A DNA stretch of 64,000 bases from Candidatus Komeilibacteria bacterium (lineage in GTDB: Bacteria > Patescibacteriota > Patescibacteriia > UBA1558 > UBA10009), in contig JAUYIT010000037.1 in the NCBI GenBank assembly GCA_030688315.1, forward strand, positions 3,348-67,347. The letters run 5' to 3'. Under the pieces are notes generated by a model. That model was not told the origin of the DNA and made no database searches. It worked only from the letters and a program-made list of their open reading frames with translations. The position numbers and the translations under genes were made by a program. Each line of letters starts with the position of its first letter. Position 1 is the stretch's first letter. Of the stretch, positions 8,597 to 17,911 are shown piece by piece.

Positions 8597-11227
8597 TTAA
8601 GTTGTCTCGGCCACCTTTTCCGCTTCGGCTAAGTTGACCGAAAGCAGTTTGGAAATACCATCGGAACCCATGGTTACGCCGTATAAAATAGCGGCCTGCT
8701 GCATGGTGGCGCGGTTGTGAGTGACGCAGATAAATTGAGTGTGGGATGAAAGTTCGCCTACAATCTTAGCAAAGCGGATGGAGTTGGATTCGTCCAAAGC
8801 CGCGTCCACTTCGTCCAAAATCACAAACGGCGAAGGGTTGTTGGCGATAATAGCGGAAATCAGGGCAATGGAAGTTAAGGCCTTTTCTCCGCCCGAAAGG
8901 GTATTGATGGATTTTAATTTTTTGCCCGGCGGCGTGGCCTGGATTTCAATGCCGAATTCAATTTTTGGTTTGCGGCCGACGGTATTGGGCGGTTGATTAA
9001 CGGCTTCACCTTCTTCATTATTTTCCGCCAAAGCAGTTTCTTCGGTCAGCACCTTTTTTTCCAGCAGTAATTTGGCCTGCCCGCCGTTAAAGAGGATTTT
9101 AAAGTAATGTTGGAATTTTTCGTTGATTTTTTGAAAAGCACCTTCAAACTGGTCGGTAATTTTTACATCCAGATCGTCAATAATTTGCAAACACGAATCA
9201 ATGGCTTTACTTAAATCGGTGGATTGCTCTTCCAAAAAGTTGTAACGTTCGGAAACTTCTTTGTATTCCTGATCCACGCCCTCGTCAATACCGCCGATAA
9301 CGGCCAGCTGGTTTTTTAAGCGGGCAATTTCCAAAGATGCTTCATTTAAATTAATCGGCCGGGGATTGACTGTGGTAATAAAGTTGCCCGCCAGCTCCAC
9401 GGCAATTTCCTGCTCCAGATCCTCTTTTTTGGTTTCCAAACGAGCCAGCTCAACTTTGATTTCGTTAAGTTCGTTGATGTTGGAATTTAATTTTACTTGC
9501 AGATCGCGCAAATCTTGTTGCAGTTTGATAAACTTTTGCCGTTCCTGGTTTTGCGTTTCGGAAAATGATTGCAGTTTGATTTTGAGTTCGTCAATTTGGC
9601 CGTTGATGTTGGCCAAGGATTTTTCCAATTTGGCCTGTTGGCCGGTTAAAGCCGAGGCGGCTTCTTCTTTGTTCTGATTTTGATAGGCTGAAAGTTCGGC
9701 CTTGATTTTGCCGCTTTCGGTTAGGTTGCGGTTGGCGGCCTGCTCCAAATTGGCCAGCTTTTCTTTAACCAGTTCCGTTTTTATTTTTAAATCCTGAATT
9801 TCATTGACCAAAGAATCCTTGGCCGTAATAAATTCCGCCAGTTTTTTTTGCAGTTCAGACCAATCCTCGGTCGGTTTTTCGGTGTCGGTTTCGGCCAGTT
9901 CGTCCGCCAGCTCCTTGAGTTTGGTTAACAATTCTTGAGCGCGTTTTTTAATTTTTCCCAGTTCAGCCAAATCGCTGGTTTGCTCCACCAAACTGATAAA
10001 ATCCACCTGGCTTTGATACAAATGATTAAGCCGTTGTTTGATTTTATCGTAAGGCAGGGCTGACTGCTTGGTGCCTTGGTTTTGCCGCGTGAGCAGTTTG
10101 TTTTGCAAAGTTGAAAATTCTTTAAGCACTTCCGCCTGCCCGGCCAATTTTTCATTAAGCAGTTTAGCCAAGCGGTCTTTTTCGGCGGTGGCCTGATCGG
10201 CCTCGCGTTCCAGCGTTTGCTGTTCATTGTTTAACTCTTGGCCGCGGGCATTAAGCCAAACCAAATCCACTTTGCCGGCTTTGGTTAAATCCAGATCAAT
10301 TTTGGCTTTAACGCCGAAAAGTTCCTGGTTAAGCAGGTTGCGCTGGGAAGAAAGTTGATGGTATTGATCTTGCAAACTGCTGAATTCCTCGGCCTGGGTT
10401 TCTTTAAGCTGTTGTTGGTCCAGAATTTTTTGGCCGTTTCTTAAGTTTTCTTCCAGAGTTGAACGGTTTTTTTCGGAAAGTTTTAAACGCTCGTTAACCT
10501 GCGCCAGCTGTTGATCCAAATTAAGCAATTGATGGCTGTAGTATTCGGTTTGCAACACCGTCAGCTGGCCGGTAATTTCTTCCTTGCGTTCCAGTTTTTT
10601 AACCTGCCGGGTTAAACTGCGCAAACGCGGTTCAATTTCTTCCAACAGCTGTTGGGCCTGCTTTAGGTTTTCCTGACTGTGCTCCAGTTTTAAAGCGGCC
10701 TGATCTTTTTTAATCTGGTATTCGCGCACGCCGGTGGCTTCATCAAAAAATTCCTTGCGCTCGGTGGGTGAAGAGGTGAGGATGGAATCAATCATGCCCT
10801 GGCCGATAATGGAATAGTTGCGCTGGCCAAAGCTGGACTTAGCCAGAAGCAATTGAATATCCAACAGCCGGACTTTGTTTTTGTTAATCAGGTATTCGCC
10901 TTCGCCATCGCGGTAAATGCGGCGGGTTATTACCACTTCGCGGTAATCAACCGGCGCGCGGCCGTCTTCATTATTTAAAAACAAGCTGACTTCGGCAAAA
11001 CCCAAGCGGGCTTTGGCGGTGGAACCGGCAAAAATAACATCTTCGGATTTTTTGCCGCGCAAAACTTTTAAGCTTTGTTCGCCCAGCACCCAGCGGACGC
11101 TGTCGGCAATGTTGGATTTGCCCGAACCGTTGGGGCCTACCACGGCCGTTAGTTCGCGGTTAAATTCCAAAACCGTCTTTTCGGCAAAAGATTTAAAACC
11201 CTGAATTTCCAATTTCTGTAAATACAT
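8597..11227 (-). CDS. smc: SMC-family chromosome segregation ATPase, short (876 aa)
   Basis: GFKSF, Walker A GPNGSGKSN, LSGGEK signature, Walker B ILDEVDAALD, long coiled coil. Confidence 0.93.
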   Translation of the reverse strand: MYLQKLEIQGFKSFAEKTVLEFNRELTAVVGPNGSGKSNIADSVRWVLGEQSLKVLRGKKSEDVIFAGSTAKARLGFAEVSLFLNNEDGRAPVDYREVVITRRIYRDGEGEYLINKNKVRLLDIQLLLAKSSFGQRNYSIIGQGMIDSILTSSPTERKEFFDEATGVREYQIKKDQAALKLEHSQENLKQAQQLLEEIEPRLRSLTRQVKKLERKEEITGQLTVLQTEYYSHQLLNLDQQLAQVNERLKLSEKNRSTLEENLRNGQKILDQQQLKETQAEEFSSLQDQYHQLSSQRNLLNQELFGVKAKIDLDLTKAGKVDLVWLNARGQELNNEQQTLEREADQATAEKDRLAKLLNEKLAGQAEVLKEFSTLQNKLLTRQNQGTKQSALPYDKIKQRLNHLYQSQVDFISLVEQTSDLAELGKIKKRAQELLTKLKELADELAETDTEKPTEDWSELQKKLAEFITAKDSLVNEIQDLKIKTELVKEKLANLEQAANRNLTESGKIKAELSAYQNQNKEEAASALTGQQAKLEKSLANINGQIDELKIKLQSFSETQNQERQKFIKLQQDLRDLQVKLNSNINELNEIKVELARLETKKEDLEQEIAVELAGNFITTVNPRPINLNEASLEIARLKNQLAVIGGIDEGVDQEYKEVSERYNFLEEQSTDLSKAIDSCLQIIDDLDVKITDQFEGAFQKINEKFQHYFKILFNGGQAKLLLEKKVLTEETALAENNEEGEAVNQPPNTVGRKPKIEFGIEIQATPPGKKLKSINTLSGGEKALTSIALISAIIANNPSPFVILDEVDAALDESNSIRFAKIVGELSSHTQFICVTHNRATMQQAAILYGVTMGSDGISKLLSVNLAEAEKVAETT

Positions 11228-11296
11228 ATGTTGGAAATATTATATCATTTTAATACGGGACTGACAAAGGTTTTACGTTAATCAAAAAACGCTCCG

Positions 11297-12058
11297 TTAA
11301 GTGGAGCGTTTGAGGTAGGATTGCCAGGCGGCCTTCCGATATTTATGGGCCTCGGCTTGAGGATCGGACGACTGGTAAATGCCGCGGCCCACAATGATAA
11401 TATCGGAACCGCCGCTAATCACGTTTTCCGGCGTGGCATATTGTTGTTTTAAATTATCACCGCCCTCACTAAATTGTACGCCCGGCGTCATGGTAATAAA
11501 TTTTTCGTCTTCAACTAACTTTTTCATACCAATAAAGCCGATTACAAAATCATTGTATTGATTGGCCCAATCAAGGGCGGTTTGAGTATATTGGCCGGTC
11601 GCCAGATTGCCTTGTGAACTCATTTCGGCCAGCAACAGCAGGCCGCGGCCGAGCGGCTGGCCGATTTCGCGCAGACCCTCAATAATGCCCGGGCCGGGCA
11701 CTACATGGCAATTGGTAATATCGGCCCAGTCAGCGATTTTGTAGATGCCGTTGCCGTATTGCATTTTAACGGTGTTGCCGATATCGGCGAACTTGCGGTC
11801 TTCAAAAATCAAAAAGTTATAAAGTTTTTTGAGCTTGTTCAATTGTTCGGCAAAATCATCCGGCAGATTGGTGATAATATCAATGTGGGTTTTTAAGAGG
11901 CAGATTTCCGGCCCCACATTTTTGATCAATTTAAAAATTTCGTGCCAGTCCGTTAAATCGGCGGCCAAACACAGATTGGTCTTTTTACTGGCCATTAATT
12001 CAAAAAGAACCCTGGCTGAAAGGTTGGTTGTCAGCTTAGAGCGTTCAAGGTAATTCAT
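11297..12058 (-). CDS. pyrF: Orotidine-5'-phosphate decarboxylase
   Basis: LKTHIDI, FEDRKFADIGNTV, TPGV, IIVGRGI. Confidence 0.96.
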   Translation of the reverse strand: MNYLERSKLTTNLSARVLFELMASKKTNLCLAADLTDWHEIFKLIKNVGPEICLLKTHIDIITNLPDDFAEQLNKLKKLYNFLIFEDRKFADIGNTVKMQYGNGIYKIADWADITNCHVVPGPGIIEGLREIGQPLGRGLLLLAEMSSQGNLATGQYTQTALDWANQYNDFVIGFIGMKKLVEDEKFITMTPGVQFSEGGDNLKQQYATPENVISGGSDIIIVGRGIYQSSDPQAEAHKYRKAAWQSYLKRST

Positions 12059-12393
12059 TATATTTCTATTTTAGAAATTTGTTTTTTAAGTTCAGGCAAA
12101 TCCTCTTTGGCGGCATCCCAAAGAATGGCTTCATCAACTCCAAAATATTCATGAATGATTTTGTTTCTCATGCCGGTTATTTTACTCCACAAAATTTCTG
12201 GATGCGCGGATTTTAATTCCGCGGGAATATTTTTGATCGCCTCTCCTATGATAGAGTAGTTTCTTATTACTGCGTCTATTGTTTTAATGTCATCATAGAA
12301 TTGTAGCCTATCTAAACCTTTTAGGTAATTTTCTATCTTCTCGGCCGCTTCTATAATATCTGACAAATAAAGTTTGACTTCTCTTTTAGACAT
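12058..12393 (-). CDS. HEPN (DUF86/HepT) toxin
   Basis: IIGEA and [14 protein letters not shown] (RX4HXY). Confidence 0.92.
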   Translation of the reverse strand: MSKREVKLYLSDIIEAAEKIENYLKGLDRLQFYDDIKTIDAVIRNYSIIGEAIKNIPAELKSAHPEILWSKITGMRNKIIHEYFGVDEAILWDAAKEDLPELKKQISKIEI

Positions 12394-12682
12394 AAATTAC
12401 ATCGTTAAGAATTCCTTGTTTAATTATGGGTTTTAAAGCGCGTTTAGTTACCAAATCCACTTTTTTATCCAATAGAGCGCTTAAATTTTCTTCGAGATCA
12501 ATAAATTTAAAAAATCCAACAGGCTTATTTTCATAAAATTCTACCAGAATATCCACATCGCTTTTGGGGGTATCGTCGCCGCGGGCGACCGAGCCAAAAA
12601 TACCCAGTGTTTTGATGGGATATTCCTTTTTCAAGGCCGGTAATTCTGCTTTAAGTTTTTTGATGATTTTATCTTTACTCAT
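12386..12682 (-). CDS. Minimal nucleotidyltransferase (MNT) antitoxin
   Basis: IFGSVARGD...[15 protein letters not shown]; overlaps the HEPN start. Confidence 0.92.
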   Translation of the reverse strand: MSKDKIIKKLKAELPALKKEYPIKTLGIFGSVARGDDTPKSDVDILVEFYENKPVGFFKFIDLEENLSALLDKKVDLVTKRALKPIIKQGILNDVIYV

Positions 12683-12756
12683 ATGGTTAATATAACAAAA
12701 ATTGGCCAGAAAATCAATTCTGACCAGCCAACAGTTCATATGATAACCAAATTAGA

Positions 12757-13428
12757 TTAAATGCCGAATTCTTTAAGGTATTGCTCCATTTCCTCTGCTT
12801 TTGAGGAAGTTAAATAAACCTGACCGTTAATTTCCTTGTCGGTCAGATAATCAATAATTTCCCGCACGCTTACAATGGCTTTAACGGGAAAATGAAGTTT
12901 ATCTTCAATATTTTTGAAAGCATCTAAACCGTCAGCGGTTTTTTCCATTCTGTTCACGGCTACAACCAAGCCAGTATATTCAATCTTGGCGATATTATTC
13001 AACATCTCTACGGTTTCAAATTTGGTGGCGCCATCGGTAATCACATCATCAATTAAAATAATTTTTTCACCATCTTTAAGTTGATGCCCCAGAATCATTT
13101 TTTTATCGCCGTGATCTTTAACTTCTTTGCGGTTGAAAGCATAGAATTTATCCAGTTTAAAATCATTGGCCAAAGCAATAGAGGTGGTCACGCATAAAGG
13201 AATGCCTTTGTAGGCCGGGCCAAAAATCAAGTCAAAATTGTCGCCAAATTCTTGTTTAATCAAAGCGGCGTAAAAGTAACCCAGCTGTTTGATTGATTCA
13301 CCGGATTCAAACACGCCGGTATTAATAAAGTAAGGGGATTTGCGCCCGCTCTTTAAAGTAAAATCGCCGAATTGCAGGGCTTGATTGGTGATTAAGAATT
13401 CAATAAATTCTTGTTGAAATTTTTCCAT
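12757..13428 (-). CDS. pyrE: Orotate phosphoribosyltransferase
   Basis: FTLKSGRKSPYF, FGPAYKGIP, NRKEVKDHG, LIDDVIT. Confidence 0.97.
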   Translation of the reverse strand: MEKFQQEFIEFLITNQALQFGDFTLKSGRKSPYFINTGVFESGESIKQLGYFYAALIKQEFGDNFDLIFGPAYKGIPLCVTTSIALANDFKLDKFYAFNRKEVKDHGDKKMILGHQLKDGEKIILIDDVITDGATKFETVEMLNNIAKIEYTGLVVAVNRMEKTADGLDAFKNIEDKLHFPVKAIVSVREIIDYLTDKEINGQVYLTSSKAEEMEQYLKEFGI

Positions 13429-13429
13429 G

Positions 13430-14722
13430 TTATTTTATTTGCTTATCAACTTTGTAACCCTTGAGGTTTAAGTTGCCCGGGCCGCCAAGGGAAATAACTT
13501 CCTTAATGGCTTTAACCGGATCGGGTACAGTCAGCTTATCCAGATTTTCCTTAACCCTTTGGTAGGCATCTCTAAACGGTACACCCTGCATGACCAACTT
13601 GTTGGCTTCATGGTTGGCAAACAATTCGGGAGTCAAAGATTTCATCAGAACTTCTTTATTAGGTGTAATGCCGCTCATTACCAAGGCGGCAATTTCCAAA
13701 CTTCTCCTGGTAATGCCCAGGCCCTTAATCAACGGCTCTTTAGTTAACTGAGTATCACGGTTGTAACCGGAAATCAGGTTTTTGGTAATATCCTTAACCT
13801 GGGTTTGCAGGGCCACAATCACGTTAACATTACTGCGGATAATTTCAAACACATCGGGGTTTCTTTTTTGCGGCATAATGGAAGAACCAGTTGTAAAGCT
13901 CCATGGCAAATTAAAATAGTTGAATTCCGGCGTGGTAAACCAGATCATTTCGTTAGCTAACCGCCCCAGCGTCATCATAATCTGGGTGCAGACGGCCAAA
14001 ATGTAGGATTCGGTTTTACCGCGGGAGTTAACGGCGTAAATGGAATTGATTTGGGTGCGTTTAAATTTTAATAATTTGGTGGTCAACCGCCTGTCCAAAT
14101 TAAGGTTAACGCCAAAGCCGGCGGCCGCGCCTAGTGGATTTTGATCGTTTAAAGTGTAAGCCGATTGCAAGAGTTGAAAATCGTTGGTTAGTTCTTCAAA
14201 ATATGAAGTAGCCCAGTGGCCGATGGAGGAAGGCATGGCGCGGCGAGTGTGGGTGTAGCCGGGCATGGGAATAAATTGGTATTTTTTGGCAAAGTTTAAA
14301 AAAACTTTTTCCAGCTTAATCATTTCTTCGGCCACCTGTTTGATTTTTTTGCGGGCATAGAGGCGGGTGGCAACCAAAACTTGATCATTGCGACTGCGGC
14401 CGGTATGGATTTTTTTGCCCATGGGCCCCAATTTAGCAATCAGATAATTTTCAATGGCCGTATGGCAATCTTCGTCTTCCAGTTTGATAATGAACTTACC
14501 AGCGGCGTGCAGTTTTAAAATTTCCTTGAGGCCGCCGCTTAATTTAGTCAGCTCGGTTTTGGTTAAAATTTTTAGTTTAAACAGGGCTTGGGCATGAGCC
14601 AAAGAGGCCTCCACATCATAGGGCAGTAAACGCATATCCAAAATATAGTCATTACCCACGGTGTAATGCTCCACCAGCGGATGCAATGAAGTATCGGATT
14701 TTGATTGCCAGATTTTTGACAT
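13430..14722 (-). CDS. argH: Argininosuccinate lyase
   Basis: IHTGRSRNDQ, MPGYTH, GSSIMPQKRNPD, GVPFRDAY. Confidence 0.95.
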   Translation of the reverse strand: MSKIWQSKSDTSLHPLVEHYTVGNDYILDMRLLPYDVEASLAHAQALFKLKILTKTELTKLSGGLKEILKLHAAGKFIIKLEDEDCHTAIENYLIAKLGPMGKKIHTGRSRNDQVLVATRLYARKKIKQVAEEMIKLEKVFLNFAKKYQFIPMPGYTHTRRAMPSSIGHWATSYFEELTNDFQLLQSAYTLNDQNPLGAAAGFGVNLNLDRRLTTKLLKFKRTQINSIYAVNSRGKTESYILAVCTQIMMTLGRLANEMIWFTTPEFNYFNLPWSFTTGSSIMPQKRNPDVFEIIRSNVNVIVALQTQVKDITKNLISGYNRDTQLTKEPLIKGLGITRRSLEIAALVMSGITPNKEVLMKSLTPELFANHEANKLVMQGVPFRDAYQRVKENLDKLTVPDPVKAIKEVISLGGPGNLNLKGYKVDKQIK

Positions 14723-14732
14723 AAAATAGATA

Positions 14733-15704
14733 TTAATTTTCTAATATTTTCTTGCCATTGGTAGTGGCGATTTGAACCAATTCATCAAACTTGTAAAAGC
14801 GACAGGCCTCCATTAACATTCTTAATTCCGTGTACATATCCGCGTCCACAAAGGGTTGATAAAAATCATACACATTATCTACGCCCAAGCCCACGGTAAC
14901 GCCCGCTTCCAGCAGTTCCGGTACATTGGCAATGGAATTATGAACGGGGGAGTTAAATTGATCCAACTGTCTCATGCCCAACGCGGCTGATGGACAGACA
15001 ACAACTGACATTCCTATTTTAGCCATCTCTTTATAAACCTTTTGACGATATGATTTATCTTGGGCCGAAACCGAAATAGCGTGAATAGCAGTCACCTTGC
15101 CTTCATAGCCATGCTTTTTGGTAAACTCAATCAACATCTCAGTATCTTTTTCATTAGGATTGTTTTCCTGATCAATATGCACATGAAGTTTTTTGCCCAG
15201 ATTTTTAGCAATGGCGAATAAGTTATCCAAATTTTGTTTATCGTTCGGCCGGTCTTTGCTGGGCAAACCGCCCGCGATATCGGCCTTGGCCGTAATTTCT
15301 TCATATAACTTCCGCGCCTCAACATCAACCAATCCGCCTAAGGGCTGGGTAATAGTCAGTAAAGTAATCTTATTCTTATACTCCTCTTTGACCTTGTTAG
15401 CGGCATCAATGGCTTTGTGCCCCACCGCGGAATAAGCATCAATAAAACTGCAAGTGAGCTTGCAGTTTTGGGCAATTAATAAATCCAAAGCCGTCCGAAT
15501 CCTTTCTTCAATTTGTTGCTGGCTGGAATTTTTTTTGATCTCGTCCGACATCAACCACTTTTGTTCCATATCCACCATGCTTTTATCCAACCCTTCTTTG
15601 GTAATATAGAAGGCCTTGTCAAAGTGGGCATGACAGTTAACCCAGCCACCACTTGCCTGGATGGCTTCCAGCATTTGTTCTTTTAGATTCCAACTTTGAT
15701 TCAT
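14733..15704 (-). CDS. Amidohydrolase, cytosine deaminase (CodA)-like
   Basis: NCHAHFDK, HVHIDQ, AIHA, GVDNVYD. Confidence 0.8.
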   Translation of the reverse strand: MNQSWNLKEQMLEAIQASGGWVNCHAHFDKAFYITKEGLDKSMVDMEQKWLMSDEIKKNSSQQQIEERIRTALDLLIAQNCKLTCSFIDAYSAVGHKAIDAANKVKEEYKNKITLLTITQPLGGLVDVEARKLYEEITAKADIAGGLPSKDRPNDKQNLDNLFAIAKNLGKKLHVHIDQENNPNEKDTEMLIEFTKKHGYEGKVTAIHAISVSAQDKSYRQKVYKEMAKIGMSVVVCPSAALGMRQLDQFNSPVHNSIANVPELLEAGVTVGLGVDNVYDFYQPFVDADMYTELRMLMEACRFYKFDELVQIATTNGKKILEN

Positions 15705-15715
15705 ATGAAGATTAT

Positions 15716-16405
15716 TTACCAGCCCTTGGCTTCAATGGCGTTTTGCGCGGCTTTAACCTGCGCTTCCTGCTTGCTGGTGCCTTCGCCTTCAGCCACCATT
15801 TCATGGTTTAAGTAGACACCAACTTTAAAGAATTTATTATGATCGGGTCCGGATTCTTCCAGCACTTTGTAAACCGGCGTAACGTTAAAGATTTCCTGTG
15901 ATTTTTCCTGAAATTTGCTTTTGGGATCCAAATACAACTGGTTGGCCAAAATATTATCCAGCCGGCTTAGCATGTTTCTATTAATAAACTCCCGGGCCGC
16001 CTCCAAACCCTGATCCAGATAAATCGCGCCGATAATGGCTTCCACGGCATTGGCTAAAATATAATTACGGGCCTTAGGGTTGGCATCCTGGGTTTCGCCT
16101 TTGGACATGTACAAAAAGTCCTCAATGGCTAAAGCGTGGGCAATGGCGGCCAGCATTTTGGCGTTGACCAAGGAGGCGCGCCAGTTGGTCAGTTCGCCTT
16201 CGGGGTTGGGGAAATTTTTGTAAAGATAATCGGTGGTAACCAATTCCAGCACGGCGTCGCCCAAAAATTCCAAACGCTCGTTGTGGTCCAGTTCAAAATT
16301 TTTGTGCTCGTTTAAATAAGAGCGGTGGACCGTGGCCATTTTTAAGAGATCTTTGTTTTTAAAAACGACCTCTAGGGTTTTTTCCAGCTTTTTAAGATCT
16401 TTCAT
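15716..16405 (-). CDS. rnc: Ribonuclease III
   Basis: HNERLEFLGDAVL, EAIIGAIYLD, C-terminal dsRBD. Confidence 0.98.
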   Translation of the reverse strand: MKDLKKLEKTLEVVFKNKDLLKMATVHRSYLNEHKNFELDHNERLEFLGDAVLELVTTDYLYKNFPNPEGELTNWRASLVNAKMLAAIAHALAIEDFLYMSKGETQDANPKARNYILANAVEAIIGAIYLDQGLEAAREFINRNMLSRLDNILANQLYLDPKSKFQEKSQEIFNVTPVYKVLEESGPDHNKFFKVGVYLNHEMVAEGEGTSKQEAQVKAAQNAIEAKGW

Positions 16406-16490
16406 GAAAGATTTTTGAGAATCGGAACGTTGGAATAGGGGAACATAATTATGCTCGCGTATTCCAATGCTCTAATCTTTTTATTAATTA

Positions 16491-17363
16491 TTAATTTTCC
16501 GTATTTAGGCCAAGTTTTTTTAAGGCCGCTTTAAAAATTTCCTTGGCGTTTTCGTAGCTAATGGCATTGAGCGCTTCGGCTAAATCATACCAGCGCGCTT
16601 CTTTAACTTCCGGTTCTTTGGTGACGGTAAATTCGCTATCGGGGGTTTCAATCAAGTAATAATGGACGGTTTTGGGCACGGGCCGTTTGTTGGGTTCATT
16701 GACTTTAATATCAATACTGCCTAAGTAGCCATGGCTGGTAGCGTTGCCCAAACCGGTTTCTTCCTGAATTTCGCGCATGGCCGCTTTTTCCTGATCTTCT
16801 TCGGTTTCAATATGGCCTTTGGGGAAAGTCCACTTGCCGTAAGCGTCCAGCACCAAAGCGAATTTGTAATTCTCGCCTTCTTTTCTAAACACCACGCCGC
16901 CGGCGGAAAATTCGCGGGGAGGTTCAGTTTCAAAGTCCTTTTTTTCGCCCTGTTCCTGCATATCTTTGAATACGCTGCCTAACACGCCGTTAACAAATTT
17001 ACCTGAAGATTCGCCGCCGTATTTTTTAGCCAGTTCTATGGCTTCGTTAATAGCCACCTTGGGCGGAATATCTTTGGCAAATTTAAGTTCAAAAATGCCG
17101 ATGCGCAACACGTTGCGGTCCACAATGGTGATTTGTTCCAACGGCCATTCGGGCGCGTACTTGCCTATCAGGCCATCAAGCTCTTTGGCTTTGGCTACAA
17201 TGCTGTCCAACAATTCAGCGGAAAAATTTTGGTCGTCAAAATCCGGAGCAAACTCTTGTTTGTTATGCTCCAGCAGAACTTTGATGTTTTCTTCCTGTCC
17301 GTTAAAGTCCCATTGAAACAGGGCTTGCAGGACCAAGGTTCTAGCCAGATGGCGGTTGGACAT
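16491..17363 (-). CDS. nusB: NusB fused to a C-terminal NUDIX hydrolase
   Basis: NusB motifs DRNVLR, VAINEAIELAK, FVNGVL, then FSAGGVV and Nudix box GHIE...AAMREIQEETG. Confidence 0.92.
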   Translation of the reverse strand: MSNRHLARTLVLQALFQWDFNGQEENIKVLLEHNKQEFAPDFDDQNFSAELLDSIVAKAKELDGLIGKYAPEWPLEQITIVDRNVLRIGIFELKFAKDIPPKVAINEAIELAKKYGGESSGKFVNGVLGSVFKDMQEQGEKKDFETEPPREFSAGGVVFRKEGENYKFALVLDAYGKWTFPKGHIETEEDQEKAAMREIQEETGLGNATSHGYLGSIDIKVNEPNKRPVPKTVHYYLIETPDSEFTVTKEPEVKEARWYDLAEALNAISYENAKEIFKAALKKLGLNTEN

Positions 17364-17382
17364 ATTTTAGTTTACAGGGTGC

Positions 17383-17580
17383 TTATTTCTTTTTGGCAAC
17401 TTTGATTTTTGGCTTAACAATTTCCCGGCCCTTGTAAAAGCCGCAATGCTTGCAGGCATGATGGGGCATAATGGGGTGCTGGCACTTGGCACACAGGTTA
17501 GCCTTACTGGTTTTTAAGGCGAAATGTGATGCTCGTCTTTTTTTGGACGACTTGGTTCGTTTTTGTGAGGGTAAACCCAT
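17383..17580 (-). CDS. rpmF: 50S ribosomal protein L32 (Zn-ribbon type)
   Basis: CAKC...PHHACKHCGFYKG. Confidence 0.96.
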   Translation of the reverse strand: MGLPSQKRTKSSKKRRASHFALKTSKANLCAKCQHPIMPHHACKHCGFYKGREIVKPKIKVAKKK

Positions 17581-17723
17581 AGTTTTATTGATTAAAGAAT
17601 TGTTGCTTAATTGGTGGTAGTATATTTAAATTTTGGGCTTTTGTCAATTGTTTGTCGCTATTAACTGTTTTAGCCAGATTTAGCTAACGTTAGCTAAAAA
17701 ATTGATATTTTGAGATCAAACTC

Positions 17724-17751
17724 TTGACAAATTATTTATTCGTGCTATACT
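17724..17751 (+). promoter_or_regulatory. Strong sigma70 promoter with no downstream ORF
   Basis: TTGACA-16-TATACT with extended TG. Confidence 0.75.
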
Positions 17752-17757
17752 TGGTTG

Positions 17758-17898
17758 TTACCTGACTGCTGTTTTAAATTCTGCGTCCACGACAAGCATG
17801 GGGATTATTGCCGGCTTTATCTCTGGCTTCGGGTTTACTCGTTGCTCGACGCGAGCTGACAATAGTTTTCTTGGGCGCAGTATTTAGAACAGCTTTTT
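17758..17898 (+). ncRNA. Candidate ~140-nt long-hairpin ncRNA
   Basis: 22-nt closing stem 17768-17789/17872-17893 with G-U pairs, inner stems, T-tract, upstream promoter. Confidence 0.55.
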
Positions 17899-17911
17899 GT
17901 TTTGTACTAAG

